Notes: a model not told the origin generated them from the sequence alone. Shown: positions 52,282 to 62,492, numbered from the stretch's first letter. The stretch is DNA of 64,000 nucleotides from Chthoniobacterales bacterium (GCA_035568035.1 DATMOU010000015.1:28026-92025), one strand, 5' to 3'. Made by a program: numbers and translations.

Positions 52282-55139
52282 ACGACGAATTCAAAACCTT
52301 AAAGAAATTCGACGCCGGCCAGGGCCGTGAAGGATTTTTGTTTTCGCTTCCGGCGTTGGAAGAACACGGTGTCGGCAAGATCTCACGCCTGCCTGTAAGT
52401 ATTCGGATCGTCCTCGAATCGGTCCTGCGCAATTGCGACGGCAAAAAGGTCAGGCGCAAAGACGTTGAGACCCTGGCAAAGTGGAATGCGAAGAAGCCGG
52501 CCAATGAAGAAATCCCGTTCGTAGTTGCGCGGATTGTTCTTCAGGATTTCACGGGCGTGCCGTTGGTGGTCGATCTTGCAGCCATGCGCAGCGCGGTAAA
52601 AAACGTGGGCGGCGATCCAAAAATCATCGAACCGCTCGTTCCCGTTGATTTGGTTGTCGATCACTCGGTCCAGGTCGACTTCTTTGGCTCGGCGCGTGCG
52701 CTCCAATTGAACCTCGACATGGAGTTCAAACGCAATCGCGAGCGCTATCAGTTTTTGAAATGGGGTCAGCAAGCATTCAAGACGTTCCAACTCATTCCAC
52801 CGGGTATCGGAATCGTTCATCAGGTGAACCTCGAGTATCTGGCCAAGGGAGTTCTCTCCCTGAAGTCAGACGTCGGAGGTCAGAGGTCAGAAATATTCTA
52901 TCCGGATACTCTCGTTGGCACGGATTCGCATACCACGATGATCAATGGCCTGGGCGTGGTCGGCTGGGGCGTGGGGGGAATTGAAGCCGAAGCCGGAATG
53001 CTTGGCCAACCGGTTTACTTTTTGACGCCGGAAGTCGTGGGCGTGCACATGAGTGGAAAGTTACGTGAAGGCGTGACCGCTACCGATCTCGTTCTGCATA
53101 TCACCGAGATGCTGCGCGCGCAAAAAGTGGTCGGCAAGTTCGTCGAGTTTTACGGCGAAGGCGCGGCCTCGTTGCCGGTACCGGACCGCGCTACCATCGG
53201 CAACATGTCGCCCGAGTACGGGGCGACCATGGGATTTTTCCCGATTGATGGTGAATCGGTCGCGTATTTACGCGCGACGGGCCGCACCGATGAGCAATGC
53301 GCCGCGTTCGAGAATTATTTCAAAGCTCAAGACATGTTCGGAATACCGCGAAAAGGCGAAATTGATTACAGCGTCGATCTCGAATTAAATCTTGGCGACG
53401 TGCAGCCGGCGGTGGCCGGACCGAAACGTCCGCAGGACCGGATCAATTTGCCCGCGCTGGGCGAAACGTTTCGCTCGTTGTTGAAAAAACCGGTTAAGGA
53501 CGGCGGTTACGGAAAACAAGACGTCGATCTTGACGCGAAACATCTTGTCCAACTGAACGGGAGCGCGCCGCGTGACGAAGATATGCCCAACCTCGAGCCG
53601 GGCGAAGAACGCAACAAGGCAGAGATGATAACAAATAGGCCGACACCCGACACCGCACTGGAAATTGAAGGCGCCAGTGCCGATCCGTTTCGTCATGGCC
53701 AGAGCGAGATCGGACACGGAACTGTTTTGATCGCCGCGATCACCAGTTGCACGAACACTAGCAATCCGAGCGTGATGCTGGCGGCGGGCTTGCTAGCAAA
53801 AAAAGCGGTCGAGCGCGGACTGCGGGTTGATCCGGCGGTGAAAACTTCACTCGCGCCGGGCTCACGCGTCGTGACCGATTATCTCGACAAGACCGGGCTG
53901 CAACAATATCTCGACCAGCTCGGATTCAATCTCGTCGGTTACGGCTGCACGACTTGCATCGGAAATTCCGGGCCGCTTCATCCGAATATCGAAAAAGCGA
54001 TCAACAATTACGATTTGGTCGCGGCATCCGTGCTTTCGGGAAATCGGAACTTCGAAGCGCGCGTCCATCAGAACATCAAAGCGAATTTCCTGATGTCGCC
54101 GCCGCTGGTAGTCGCATTCGCGCTCGCTGGGCGTGTCGATGTCGATCTTAGCAAAGAGCCGATCGGCAAAGACAAAGATGGGAAAGAAACGTTCCTGCGC
54201 GATCTCTGGCCGTCGCTCACTGAGGTTCGCGATGCGATGCAATCGGCGCTCAAGCCGGAAGTCTTTCGAAAGCTTTATCGCGATTTCGCGGACCAAAACC
54301 CGAAGTGGAACGAAATCCCGTCGAGCACCGGCGAAGTTTATCAATGGGACGAGAAGAGCGATTACATTCACGAGCCGCCGTTCTTCACAGATTTCTCGAT
54401 GAAAGTCGGCAAAATCGAAAACATCCTCAACGCGCGAGCGCTCGGAATTTTCGGCGATTCGGTGACAACCGATCACATTTCGCCCGCGGGTGCCATTAAA
54501 CCGACCTCGCCTGCCGGGAAGTATCTGGTCTCGCGCGGAATCAAGCCGGAAGATTTTAACAGCTACGGTTCGCGACGCGGTAACGATCTGGTGATGACTC
54601 GCGGCACATTCGCAAACGTTCGGATCAAGAACTTGATGGTGCCCGGAACGGAAGGCGGCGTGACGAAATATTTTCCGAATGGCGGCGCTGGCGAAGATAT
54701 GTCGATCTTCGATGCGGCCATGAAGTATCAGGAACGCAACACGCCCCTCGTGATCCTGACCGGGAGCGAATACGGCACCGGTTCGTCGCGTGACTGGGCG
54801 GCGAAGGGAACGCGGTTGCTGGGAGTGAGAGCGGTTGTCGCTACAAGCTTCGAACGAATCCATCGTTCGAATCTGGTTGGCATGGGCGTATTACCGCTGC
54901 AATTCCCAGAAGGCACCAACGCCCAGACGCTCGGTCTCGACGGCTCCGAGAAATTTTCGATCACCGGTTTGTCTGACTCGATTCAACCGGGGCAGGACGT
55001 GAAACTCGAAATTCACGGCAAGAATAACGAATCGCAGTCGGTTCCCGTGAAACTGCGAATCGATACACCGATCGAAATCGATTATTACCGGCACGGCGGC
55101 ATTTTGCACTTCGTGTTACGCCAGTTGCTCGCGAAGTAG
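52278..55139 (+). CDS. acnA: aconitate hydratase AcnA
   Basis: ..[29 protein letters not shown].., ..[14 protein letters not shown].., ..[12 protein letters not shown].. and ..[10 protein letters not shown].. GTG 52278 overlaps the peroxiredoxin stop (GTGA). Confidence 0.95.
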   Translation: MNDEFKTLKKFDAGQGREGFLFSLPALEEHGVGKISRLPVSIRIVLESVLRNCDGKKVRRKDVETLAKWNAKKPANEEIPFVVARIVLQDFTGVPLVVDLAAMRSAVKNVGGDPKIIEPLVPVDLVVDHSVQVDFFGSARALQLNLDMEFKRNRERYQFLKWGQQAFKTFQLIPPGIGIVHQVNLEYLAKGVLSLKSDVGGQRSEIFYPDTLVGTDSHTTMINGLGVVGWGVGGIEAEAGMLGQPVYFLTPEVVGVHMSGKLREGVTATDLVLHITEMLRAQKVVGKFVEFYGEGAASLPVPDRATIGNMSPEYGATMGFFPIDGESVAYLRATGRTDEQCAAFENYFKAQDMFGIPRKGEIDYSVDLELNLGDVQPAVAGPKRPQDRINLPALGETFRSLLKKPVKDGGYGKQDVDLDAKHLVQLNGSAPRDEDMPNLEPGEERNKAEMITNRPTPDTALEIEGASADPFRHGQSEIGHGTVLIAAITSCTNTSNPSVMLAAGLLAKKAVERGLRVDPAVKTSLAPGSRVVTDYLDKTGLQQYLDQLGFNLVGYGCTTCIGNSGPLHPNIEKAINNYDLVAASVLSGNRNFEARVHQNIKANFLMSPPLVVAFALAGRVDVDLSKEPIGKDKDGKETFLRDLWPSLTEVRDAMQSALKPEVFRKLYRDFADQNPKWNEIPSSTGEVYQWDEKSDYIHEPPFFTDFSMKVGKIENILNARALGIFGDSVTTDHISPAGAIKPTSPAGKYLVSRGIKPEDFNSYGSRRGNDLVMTRGTFANVRIKNLMVPGTEGGVTKYFPNGGAGEDMSIFDAAMKYQERNTPLVILTGSEYGTGSSRDWAAKGTRLLGVRAVVATSFERIHRSNLVGMGVLPLQFPEGTNAQTLGLDGSEKFSITGLSDSIQPGQDVKLEIHGKNNESQSVPVKLRIDTPIEIDYYRHGGILHFVLRQLLAK

Positions 55140-55826
55140 GACCTGGATTGGCGACCCGTCCGCGATAAACGCGGAACGCGGCGGGACGGTCAACGACTCC
55201 GCAAACCGCTCGCCATAAAGCATGGCAACGTTTGGTTTGAATTCAAAACTCTCGGCGTGCCAAACCTTCCAGCGCGGATGCTCGACTCGGTATTCGCTGC
55301 AACCGCCACGCACGCTGATGTAGCCCCAGTAGTGCTCGGTGATGAACTCAGCGTGCGAGCCCGCAGGGATTGTTTGGGGTTCGCCGCTCGCCGTGATCTT
55401 GAGTGATTCCCATTTCCGGCCGCGCCGCCAGGAATATTCGACGCTTAACTTACGATCAACGTGATCGATCCGATGCTTCATCGGCAGCGCCACATAATTT
55501 TCGCCGTAGAAAGTACGGGCAACGAGCGCGATCGCCGGGCGCGGCACCAACTCCCGAACAAAGACAACGCCGCGCCGCCAGGTGTCGGCCGATTTTCTTC
55601 GAACGTAAAATCGCAGGTTCACTTCTTCGAAATCGCGATGCAACGGAACGGGCAATCCGAGCAACCGCGTATCGAGAAACAAGAAGCCGACCACACTTAG
55701 GAACGTCTCGCCATTTTCGAAATCGACCTCGGTTCCCGGCGGAACAAGTGGCGCGATAATTCTTGGATCGACGACGTAATTCAGCATGGCGAGGTATCGC
55801 CAATTCGCGGTCAGGAATGGTCGCAC
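55116..55826 (-). CDS. DUF2071 (YgjF/YqjF-like) family protein
   Basis: ..[26 protein letters not shown]...G..FLSVVGF.F.DT...[15 protein letters not shown].. is the pattern I associate with DUF2071. Confidence 0.6.
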   Translation of the reverse strand: MRPFLTANWRYLAMLNYVVDPRIIAPLVPPGTEVDFENGETFLSVVGFLFLDTRLLGLPVPLHRDFEEVNLRFYVRRKSADTWRRGVVFVRELVPRPAIALVARTFYGENYVALPMKHRIDHVDRKLSVEYSWRRGRKWESLKITASGEPQTIPAGSHAEFITEHYWGYISVRGGCSEYRVEHPRWKVWHAESFEFKPNVAMLYGERFAESLTVPPRSAFIADGSPIQVLLREQLA

Positions 55827-55835
55827 CGCGACAAC

Positions 55836-55867
55836 TTAACATCGCGCTCGGAGAGCGCGATCCACCT
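55836..55867. repeat. family-C REP hairpin
   Basis: TTAACATCGCGCTCGGAGAGCGCGATCCACCT, directly abutting the TAA stop of the 55867-58074 gene. Confidence 0.65.
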
Positions 55868-58074
55868 TAATGCAAGAGTTTTTCTAGCGCCGGATCCGGC
55901 TGAGCACCGAGTGCCATCGCGCGGGCGTAATGGGTTTTGGCTTGCTCGCGCGAAGGTGGCGACGCTGTCGCGTAAATTACCGCAAGATTGAAGTGCGCAT
56001 CGGCGTAATTCGGATTTTCGTTAAGCGCTTCGAGCAATTCCTTTTCGGCTGCTTCCTGCCAACCTTTCTGGCTGGCGGTGATGCCGAGGTAATTGTGCGC
56101 GGTCGAGCTCCTCGGATTGAGGCCGAGAGATTTCGTCAATTCCGTGAGCGCGCTGTCGAATTTCGCCTGGCGGTAATAAACAATTCCGAGCGTCGTGTGC
56201 GTGAATTCGTCGTTCGGGGAGAGCGCGACGGCTTTTTTCAAGGTCAACTCCGCGGCCTTGAGTTTGCCGGTCCGGAAATAAACAACCCCAAGATTCGACA
56301 GCGAATAAAGATTGTTCGGCGTCTTGGTCAGCATCTCCTGATAAATCTTTTCCGCGGTGCGATATTTCCCTTTGTCGAAACTTTGCTTGGCCTGCCAGGC
56401 AAGATCGACAACATCCGGTGGGACGTTCGGTTTGAAAATCGCGGGAATCGTGTAGTCCGATGCAGGTTGCGGCGGTGCGTCCGTCGACATCGTTGTTTCA
56501 TCAACGGGCGACGGCGCGGACGGAGTCGACGGTTTGGTTGTGTTCTTGGCGAAGGTGAAACTTGCTTTGACCGCGCCCGGATTGTCGTCGGAAATCGAAA
56601 CGACCGGTTGCCTGAGCAGCGCCAGCTCGTCGGTCGTCAATCGCGCGACTGGTTGGGCGAGCAATTGAATCTGTTGCGTCAACGTTTCCGATTTGATTTG
56701 CAACTTGTCGAATTCGGCTAGCATCAGCTTCTTCGCCTGATCGCGCCGCGCCTCTTCCTGGCGCTCACGGACGATGATGTTGCGCAACATCTCGTTTTCC
56801 TTGGTTAGCTTGGCCGTTTCTTCCGGAGTCGCGCCGACCAGTTTGACCTGCTCGAGCTGTTTGCTCGCGTCATCGAGCTGTGAGCGCAACTGGGCGACAG
56901 TGATCTCGTAATTTTTGTTCTGCTTCTGACTGGCGGCCAACTGCGATTGAAGATCCGTAATTTGTTTCCTTACGTCCGCGAGTTCTTTCTCCCTCTTCGG
57001 TTTATCCTCGCCGATCTCGCGAACGGTCTTTTCCGCGTCAGCTAACTTGTGTTTCAGAGCAGAATTTTCGGCGACGAGAACTTCAACCCGTTGCTGAGAG
57101 TCCTTTAAACCTTTAAGTTTCACCAGCGCGTCATCGCGTTCCTTGTTCGCGCTTACGACTTTTTGATCTGCTTCAGTTGCGCGCGCATTTGCGTCATCGC
57201 GTTCTTTCGCCGCCGCGGCGCGTTGTTGATCGGCAGACGCCACTTTCGAATTCGCGTCGTCCCGTTCCTTTTCCGCGGCAGTGCGACCTTGCTGCGCTGA
57301 AGACAGCACTTTCTTTAATTCGGCAATCTCGGATTTGAGCGCTTCCTGCGCCTTGTTGTCCTTCGAGCCCGCGTCCGCGGTCTTTTTCAAAGAAGCCTGC
57401 GCTTGCGCCAACTGATCGCTGACCTGCTTCTCGGCCGTCTTCGCCTTGTCCAAATCGCCCTGCGCTTTGTCGAGTTTCGATTTTGTGTCGTCGAGCCGGC
57501 TGTTCAACGATTGCTTTTCGGTTTCAGCCGCGCTCATCGCACTGCGCGATTTCTGAAGTTCGGCTTCAAGTTGATCGACGCGATCGCGAAGCTGCTTCGT
57601 CGCCTGCTCGATCGCGACTTCGTTTGGCGTGCTGGCTGGCGCCGGTTTAGAAGGCAGAGCTGGCGGAGCGGTTACTATCTTTTCTTTTGCAACTGGAACT
57701 GGCAGAGGCGGATTTTGGTGAGGCGCAACCGCGCTTTCGGGATGTGCCGGTTCGGATGAAGCAGCCAAACTTTCCTGGGTTCCGGCCTTATCCTGCACGC
57801 GCAGGATGCTTTCGCTCACCTTTCGACCACGATATTCGACGATCGCCGGCTGCCAATCCGGATGCGCCTTGCGCAATTGCTCCAGCAGGGTCCCGGCAAA
57901 CCGGTATTTGGCGAGAGCGGCTTTAAACTGGTTTTCGTGCTCCAGTTTTTCCCCCTGCTGGGCCGTCATGTAAGCTTTGAGGAAAGCGTCGCTTGGGTCG
58001 TCGGCCTGGCCGAGGACAGCGGGCGAGGCAATCCGTAAAAAGAAGGCGGCCAGCAAGATGGAGCCAGTTCTCAT
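55867..58074 (-). CDS. secreted coiled-coil protein with N- and C-terminal TPR regions
   Basis: Signal peptide from ATG 58074 (MRTGSILLAAFFLRIASPAVLG). About 330 aa of Ala/Lys/Glu/Gln-rich coiled coil including three 21-aa repeats. C-terminal TPRs (..YSLSNLGVVYFRTGKLKAAE..). The frame is open to 58179. Confidence 0.8.
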   Translation of the reverse strand: MRTGSILLAAFFLRIASPAVLGQADDPSDAFLKAYMTAQQGEKLEHENQFKAALAKYRFAGTLLEQLRKAHPDWQPAIVEYRGRKVSESILRVQDKAGTQESLAASSEPAHPESAVAPHQNPPLPVPVAKEKIVTAPPALPSKPAPASTPNEVAIEQATKQLRDRVDQLEAELQKSRSAMSAAETEKQSLNSRLDDTKSKLDKAQGDLDKAKTAEKQVSDQLAQAQASLKKTADAGSKDNKAQEALKSEIAELKKVLSSAQQGRTAAEKERDDANSKVASADQQRAAAAKERDDANARATEADQKVVSANKERDDALVKLKGLKDSQQRVEVLVAENSALKHKLADAEKTVREIGEDKPKREKELADVRKQITDLQSQLAASQKQNKNYEITVAQLRSQLDDASKQLEQVKLVGATPEETAKLTKENEMLRNIIVRERQEEARRDQAKKLMLAEFDKLQIKSETLTQQIQLLAQPVARLTTDELALLRQPVVSISDDNPGAVKASFTFAKNTTKPSTPSAPSPVDETTMSTDAPPQPASDYTIPAIFKPNVPPDVVDLAWQAKQSFDKGKYRTAEKIYQEMLTKTPNNLYSLSNLGVVYFRTGKLKAAELTLKKAVALSPNDEFTHTTLGIVYYRQAKFDSALTELTKSLGLNPRSSTAHNYLGITASQKGWQEAAEKELLEALNENPNYADAHFNLAVIYATASPPSREQAKTHYARAMALGAQPDPALEKLLH

Positions 58075-58189
58075 GGGGGAACGTAGGGCGCGGATGATAG
58101 CAAATGGAGTCCGGGTTGCAACTAAACGATGGGGCATCGATTTCAGATGAAGCGGAGATTGTGCCACGCGGGCGACCATCTGCCGGCGT

Positions 58190-58217
58190 TTGCAATCGGG
58201 CGTCTAAAAACTAGAAT
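58190..58217 (+). promoter_or_regulatory. sigma70-type promoter for the tRNA-His/tRNA-Arg unit (TTGCAA-16 nt-TAGAAT)
   Basis: TTGCAA at 58190-58195 and TAGAAT at 58212-58217, 13 nt upstream of the tRNA-His 5' end. Confidence 0.55.
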
Positions 58218-58230
58218 CTGATTCCGCGAT

Positions 58231-58306
58231 GGTGGTCGTAGCTCAATGGTAGAGCCCCAGATTGTGGTTCTGGTTGTTGCGGGTTCGAGTCCCGTCGACC
58301 ACCCCA
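58231..58306 (+). tRNA. tRNA-His (anticodon GTG), CCA encoded, with the extra G at position -1
   Basis: Cloverleaf folded by hand. Acceptor G(-1)GTGGTCG / CGACCAC-C, D arm GCTC/GAGC, anticodon stem CCAGA/TCTGG with loop TTGTGGT, T arm GCGGG-TTCGAGT-CCCGT, then CCA. Confidence 0.92.
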
Positions 58307-58396
58307 TTTCAGAAGTGATCAGTGACCTGTGACAAGTGAAAAGGGGTTTGTTTCCGAGCTGATCACTGGTCACTATTCACTTCTCACTTCCGCAAC

Positions 58397-58470
58397 GTGT
58401 CTGTAGCTCAACTGGATAGAGCATCTGACTTCGGATCAGAAGGTTGGGGGTTCGAATCCCTCCAGGCACG
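58397..58470 (+). tRNA. tRNA-Arg (anticodon TCG)
   Basis: Acceptor GTGTCTG/CAGGCAC, D arm GCTC-AACTGGATA-GAGC, anticodon stem TCTGA/TCAGA with loop CTTCGGA, T arm GGGGG-TTCGAAT-CCCTC. CCA is not encoded. Confidence 0.9.
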
Positions 58471-58506
58471 CACTCCTTTCAAACCAACAAAGTTCGCGAG
58501 AGGCGG

Positions 58507-61377
58507 ATGACAGCTTCTCATCGCGCGGGTTTGCTGGTCGCTACCGGCGTCGTCGCTGTCGCCGCGTTGTGGTGGAAATGCCGATTCGACCCGGCTATAA
58601 ACTTTCTGCCAAGCGACAGTCGCGCGGCTTGGATTATTTTTCCCTCTCCAATCCAGGCCGGCGCGCACAGAATTGCGACGCTGGACGCAACGTTTCGGCG
58701 TGAATTTCAAATTAGCAGCCTTCCAAAGTCGGCGCAGCTCGAAATCCGGGCGGCGCGACGGACCGCGTTGAAGATCAACGGTAGACCGGTTGATTTCGCA
58801 CCCCCGAGCAACTGGAAAAGCCTGGTCTCGTTGGACGCCGCAAGTTTTTTGCAAAGCGGCGCGAACAAAATTGAAGCGCGTGTCTTCAATGACGAAGGCC
58901 CGCCGTCGCTTTGGCTTCGATTGTCGGCCGATGATTTACAACTGAGCAGCGATGGAAACTGGGAAGCATCGTTCGCCGGGTCAGCCTGGCGGCAGGCGGT
59001 CCTTTCCACTGAGCCGAGACATCCGCAGTCGGGAAATTTGCTGGCGGGCGGAGAAAGAATTTTCGCGGTGTTACCGAAAGTTTGGCCGGTTTGGATCGCA
59101 TTCGCGATCGTGGCCGTTTTGATTGTCGGATTTGGAGATCGCTTGATCGCGTCGATCTCAAAAAATCCTTCGGTCAGAACTGCCATCCTCGCCGGCGTTG
59201 CCGGTCTCGCCTGGATCATTTTGTTTTGGACCAACACGCGATTGCTGCCATTTCACTGCGGGTACGATTCCGCCGATCACATTGCTTATATTAAGTACCT
59301 CCAGGACCGGCGGACGCTGCCGTTGCCGACCGAAGGGTTCGAAGCTTTTCAACCGCCGCTTTACTACGCCCTGTCGGCGGCCGCTCTTTCAGTCGCCCGA
59401 TTGACCGTGGACAATCCGGGATCAATCCCGCTGCTGAGAACGCTCACTATGTGCTTTGGAATTGCCCACTTCGTGATCGTTCTTCTTTGCCTGCGCTTGC
59501 TCTTTCCAGCACGGCCGCAAGCCCAATTGGTTGGCCTACTGATGGCCGCGTTTCTGCCGATGCAATTATATCTGTCTCATTACGCGACTAACGAAACGCT
59601 CGCCGCCGCGCTGGTCAGCCTGTCGATCTACCTTGGTCTTCGCATTTTGAAAAAGAACGCTGCCTCCGTTTGGGAATTCTGCGCACTCGGCTTGTGTGTC
59701 GGAGCGGCAATGCTGACCAAGGCGACGGCTCTCCTGCTTATTCCTCCGCTTTTCGGTGCGCTGGTTCTAAAAATGGCGCACGACAAAGTCCGCTTACCTA
59801 AAGCGATTTCGACAATTGCCGCAACACTCGTGGCTCTAGTTGCCGTGTGTGGTTGGTATTACTTCTGGATCTGGAAACATTTCGGCACACCGATCGTCGG
59901 GAACTGGGAACGCCGCTTTGGATTTAATTGGTGGCAGGACCCGGGATTTCACACCGCCGTTCAGTATTTTCAATTCGGCCGCGCCCTGATCGATCCACTT
60001 TTCAGCGGTTACAACAGTTTTGCCGACGGAATTTTTTCCACCTTGTGGGGAGATGCGCTCGGCGGCGGTTTGTCAGACATGCTTTCACGAACGCCGTGGA
60101 ACTACAATCTGATGGTTGGCGGCTATTGGTTGGCCTTGGTTCCAACTCTTCTTATCCTGGCTGGCGCCGCGATTGCGATCCATAGGCTTGTTCGCCAACC
60201 GTCGCCGGAATGGTTTCTCCTGGGCGGTTTTTCCGCGGCGGTTGTGGTCGCACTAGTGTTTATGACGTTGCGAGTCGCGTCCTACGCCCAGGTCAAAGCG
60301 TTTTACGGATTATCAACGCTGGTCCCGCTGTGCGCTTTCGCCGCGATGGGTTGGGAAAAACTTCAGCTTACGCCCCGTTTGGTGCGATTAGCTCTCGCAT
60401 CCTTCCTGGTCGTCTGGGCGTTGAATAGTTTCTTTGCGTTTTGGATTCGTGACTCAGCGATGCAACACATTTACGCCGGCCGCAGACTGGTGCGAGATCG
60501 TCAACTGGACGCCGCAACAAACGAAGCCGTGCAGGCGATCAAAAAAGAACCATCGAATTCACTGGCTGAGTGTTTTCTCGCAACAATTTTGGACCAGACC
60601 AGCCAAACCAACGAAATGATCGAGCACACAAGGCGTGGCCTTCAAATCGATCCGGCCAACCCTTTTTGCCAAATCCAGAACGCCATCAACATCGCAAACC
60701 GTGGCGACGTTCCGCAGGCGATGGCCATCGCGCAACAGATCATTCAGGCTGAGCCGGAAAATACGATCGCCTACGATGTCGGTTTCGCCTGTGCCCGAGA
60801 GCTAGGACGAACGGACAAAGCGATCGCGGTTGGACGAGACGCGCTGGCCGTGTCGCCATTTGATGCGGAACTGCATTCGCGTCTGGGGTTGGCGGCTGGT
60901 GAGGTGGGAGATTTTTCGATCGCCATCCCGCAGTTCGCCTATTCGCTCGTCTTGCAACCAAACCGATCTGAGATCGAGAAAAAATTGCATCTCGCAGTTG
61001 TGTTTGCGGCAAAGGCTGCCAATGCGCCCGACCATTTAACCGCGCTCGCGGCTTCAGCCCCGGAATCGCCCCAATTGTTCGACGAACTCGCCTGGATCTT
61101 TGCGACCGATCCAAATCCCTCGGTTCGCAACGGTCCTGAAGCAGTGAAGTTAAGCGAGGAAGCCTGTGCTCTAACCAGGAGCGCGCGTCCGAAGTTTCTT
61201 GTCACGTTGGCGGCTGCCTATGGTGAAGTGGGCCGTTTTCCGGATGGAATAGCCGTCGTAGAACAAGCGCTTACGCTCGCCAGAACAGCCGGCGATACTT
61301 CAACATCGATGCTTGCCGAAAAATTACTGAACTCTTTGCAAGACCAGCAGCCATATCGAGAGGAGCCAGCCCCATGA
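58507..61377 (+). CDS. GT-C-fold glycosyltransferase (PMT_2/ArnT-like) with an N-terminal beta-sandwich-like ectodomain and C-terminal TPR repeats
   Basis: ATG 58507 follows tRNA-Arg. TM1, then a ~200-aa non-membrane segment, then a polytopic core with a first-loop motif (..HCGYDSADHIAYIKYL..FQPPLYYAL..) typical of PMT_2/ArnT-type GT-C enzymes. About 300 aa of TPRs at the C-terminus. Confidence 0.75.
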   Translation: MTASHRAGLLVATGVVAVAALWWKCRFDPAINFLPSDSRAAWIIFPSPIQAGAHRIATLDATFRREFQISSLPKSAQLEIRAARRTALKINGRPVDFAPPSNWKSLVSLDAASFLQSGANKIEARVFNDEGPPSLWLRLSADDLQLSSDGNWEASFAGSAWRQAVLSTEPRHPQSGNLLAGGERIFAVLPKVWPVWIAFAIVAVLIVGFGDRLIASISKNPSVRTAILAGVAGLAWIILFWTNTRLLPFHCGYDSADHIAYIKYLQDRRTLPLPTEGFEAFQPPLYYALSAAALSVARLTVDNPGSIPLLRTLTMCFGIAHFVIVLLCLRLLFPARPQAQLVGLLMAAFLPMQLYLSHYATNETLAAALVSLSIYLGLRILKKNAASVWEFCALGLCVGAAMLTKATALLLIPPLFGALVLKMAHDKVRLPKAISTIAATLVALVAVCGWYYFWIWKHFGTPIVGNWERRFGFNWWQDPGFHTAVQYFQFGRALIDPLFSGYNSFADGIFSTLWGDALGGGLSDMLSRTPWNYNLMVGGYWLALVPTLLILAGAAIAIHRLVRQPSPEWFLLGGFSAAVVVALVFMTLRVASYAQVKAFYGLSTLVPLCAFAAMGWEKLQLTPRLVRLALASFLVVWALNSFFAFWIRDSAMQHIYAGRRLVRDRQLDAATNEAVQAIKKEPSNSLAECFLATILDQTSQTNEMIEHTRRGLQIDPANPFCQIQNAINIANRGDVPQAMAIAQQIIQAEPENTIAYDVGFACARELGRTDKAIAVGRDALAVSPFDAELHSRLGLAAGEVGDFSIAIPQFAYSLVLQPNRSEIEKKLHLAVVFAAKAANAPDHLTALAASAPESPQLFDELAWIFATDPNPSVRNGPEAVKLSEEACALTRSARPKFLVTLAAAYGEVGRFPDGIAVVEQALTLARTAGDTSTSMLAEKLLNSLQDQQPYREEPAP

Positions 61378-62066
61378 AAGCTTCGACAGGCAGAACTGAA
61401 CTCGACGCCATGATCGTCGAGATCGAGTTGACGTTAGTCAGTATCATTCAGGGCATCGCCCTGACCATTCTGATCGAAAGCTCACGCGATGTGATCACTG
61501 AACTAAAATTCATTTATTGGCCCTACGTTCTGGCCGGCCTGCTCGTGATCTTCATCTTCTGGTCGCGGGCGGTCTTGCACATCATCACTTTGATTCGCTG
61601 GCCGCTGGAGTTTGGACACAATTTTCTCTACATCGGCTGCGCCCTGGTCGAAGCGGTGTCGTTTGCCCAATTGGCCAACCCGGGAAACTGGTTCACTTTC
61701 GGCGCCGCGTTCATTGCCGCAGGCTGGGTACTGTTTTTCTACGATCTGCGCCTGATTCATGCGCGTCAGCGCGACAGCGGAGGTCTGGCGGGCAATCGCC
61801 TGTACGACCGCGTAAAACTGGACCAATGGCTCAATCTCGCGTTGCTTCTGCCGGGCGTTTTTATCCTCAACGTTGTCTGCGCGATCTGCATTCGAACGTG
61901 GCCCGAAATTTTTCGCCACAACAACGCTCATCTATGGTTGATCGCGGTCCAGATCGTCGGTTTCGCGGGTTATCTGGTCTACGTGGTCCGCTTTTATCTC
62001 AATCTCGCCCCACTGATCGCTGACGCGCATCGCGAGTGGCACGGCAGGGGCGACAACCGGGATTGA
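61374..62066 (+). CDS. hypothetical polytopic membrane protein
   Basis: 230-aa ORF with about six TM helices. Its ATG overlaps the upstream stop (ATGA). No family recognised. Confidence 0.6.
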   Translation: MKASTGRTELDAMIVEIELTLVSIIQGIALTILIESSRDVITELKFIYWPYVLAGLLVIFIFWSRAVLHIITLIRWPLEFGHNFLYIGCALVEAVSFAQLANPGNWFTFGAAFIAAGWVLFFYDLRLIHARQRDSGGLAGNRLYDRVKLDQWLNLALLLPGVFILNVVCAICIRTWPEIFRHNNAHLWLIAVQIVGFAGYLVYVVRFYLNLAPLIADAHREWHGRGDNRD

Positions 62067-62078
62067 TTCCAAGGATCC

Positions 62079-62492
62079 CTACAAACCGCTCAGCGCCTGC
62101 CGTGCTTTTTCCACATCCGACGGTCGCAGCACGATGATCCCCTTGGGAGAAGTCGCGCCGCTGGCGAAATAGGCGTACTCGACATTGACTTCAGCTCGAG
62201 AGAGAGCATCAGCAATTTTTGACAGGACGCCTTGCTCATTCGCCGCGTCGATGAAAAGAACATCATTCTCGAATGCAAGCACGCCGCGCTCGCCTAACAG
62301 CATTAGCGCCTTGGTTGGATCGCTTACGATCATTCGGACCACCGCGTGATCGACCGTGTCCGAAACGGTGAGCGCGTGGATGTTAATGCCCGCTTTGGCC
62401 AACGCTTCGCACACGCGGGCAAGCGCGCCCGGACGATTTTCAAGAAATATTGCGAGCTGAGTCGTCGTTTCCAGGGAGAGAATCGCCTTCAT
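62079..62492 (-). CDS. ACT domain-containing protein (tandem ACT)
   Basis: ..LAIFLENRPGALARVCEALAKAGINIHAL.. and a second ..NEQGVLSKIADALSRAEVNVEYAY.. ACT-like repeat. The frame is open to 62522. Confidence 0.75.
   Translation of the reverse strand: MKAILSLETTTQLAIFLENRPGALARVCEALAKAGINIHALTVSDTVDHAVVRMIVSDPTKALMLLGERGVLAFENDVLFIDAANEQGVLSKIADALSRAEVNVEYAYFASGATSPKGIIVLRPSDVEKARQALSGL

Noticed and set aside
53400-53720. About 50 extra residues in AcnA between the ..PKRPQDR.. and ..AAITSCTN.. motifs relative to E. coli AcnA, and a GTCAGAGGTCAGAA word at about 52880.
   Set aside because: This linker is length-variable among bacterial aconitases (940-950-aa forms exist). The frame is intact and the word is too short to call an insertion.
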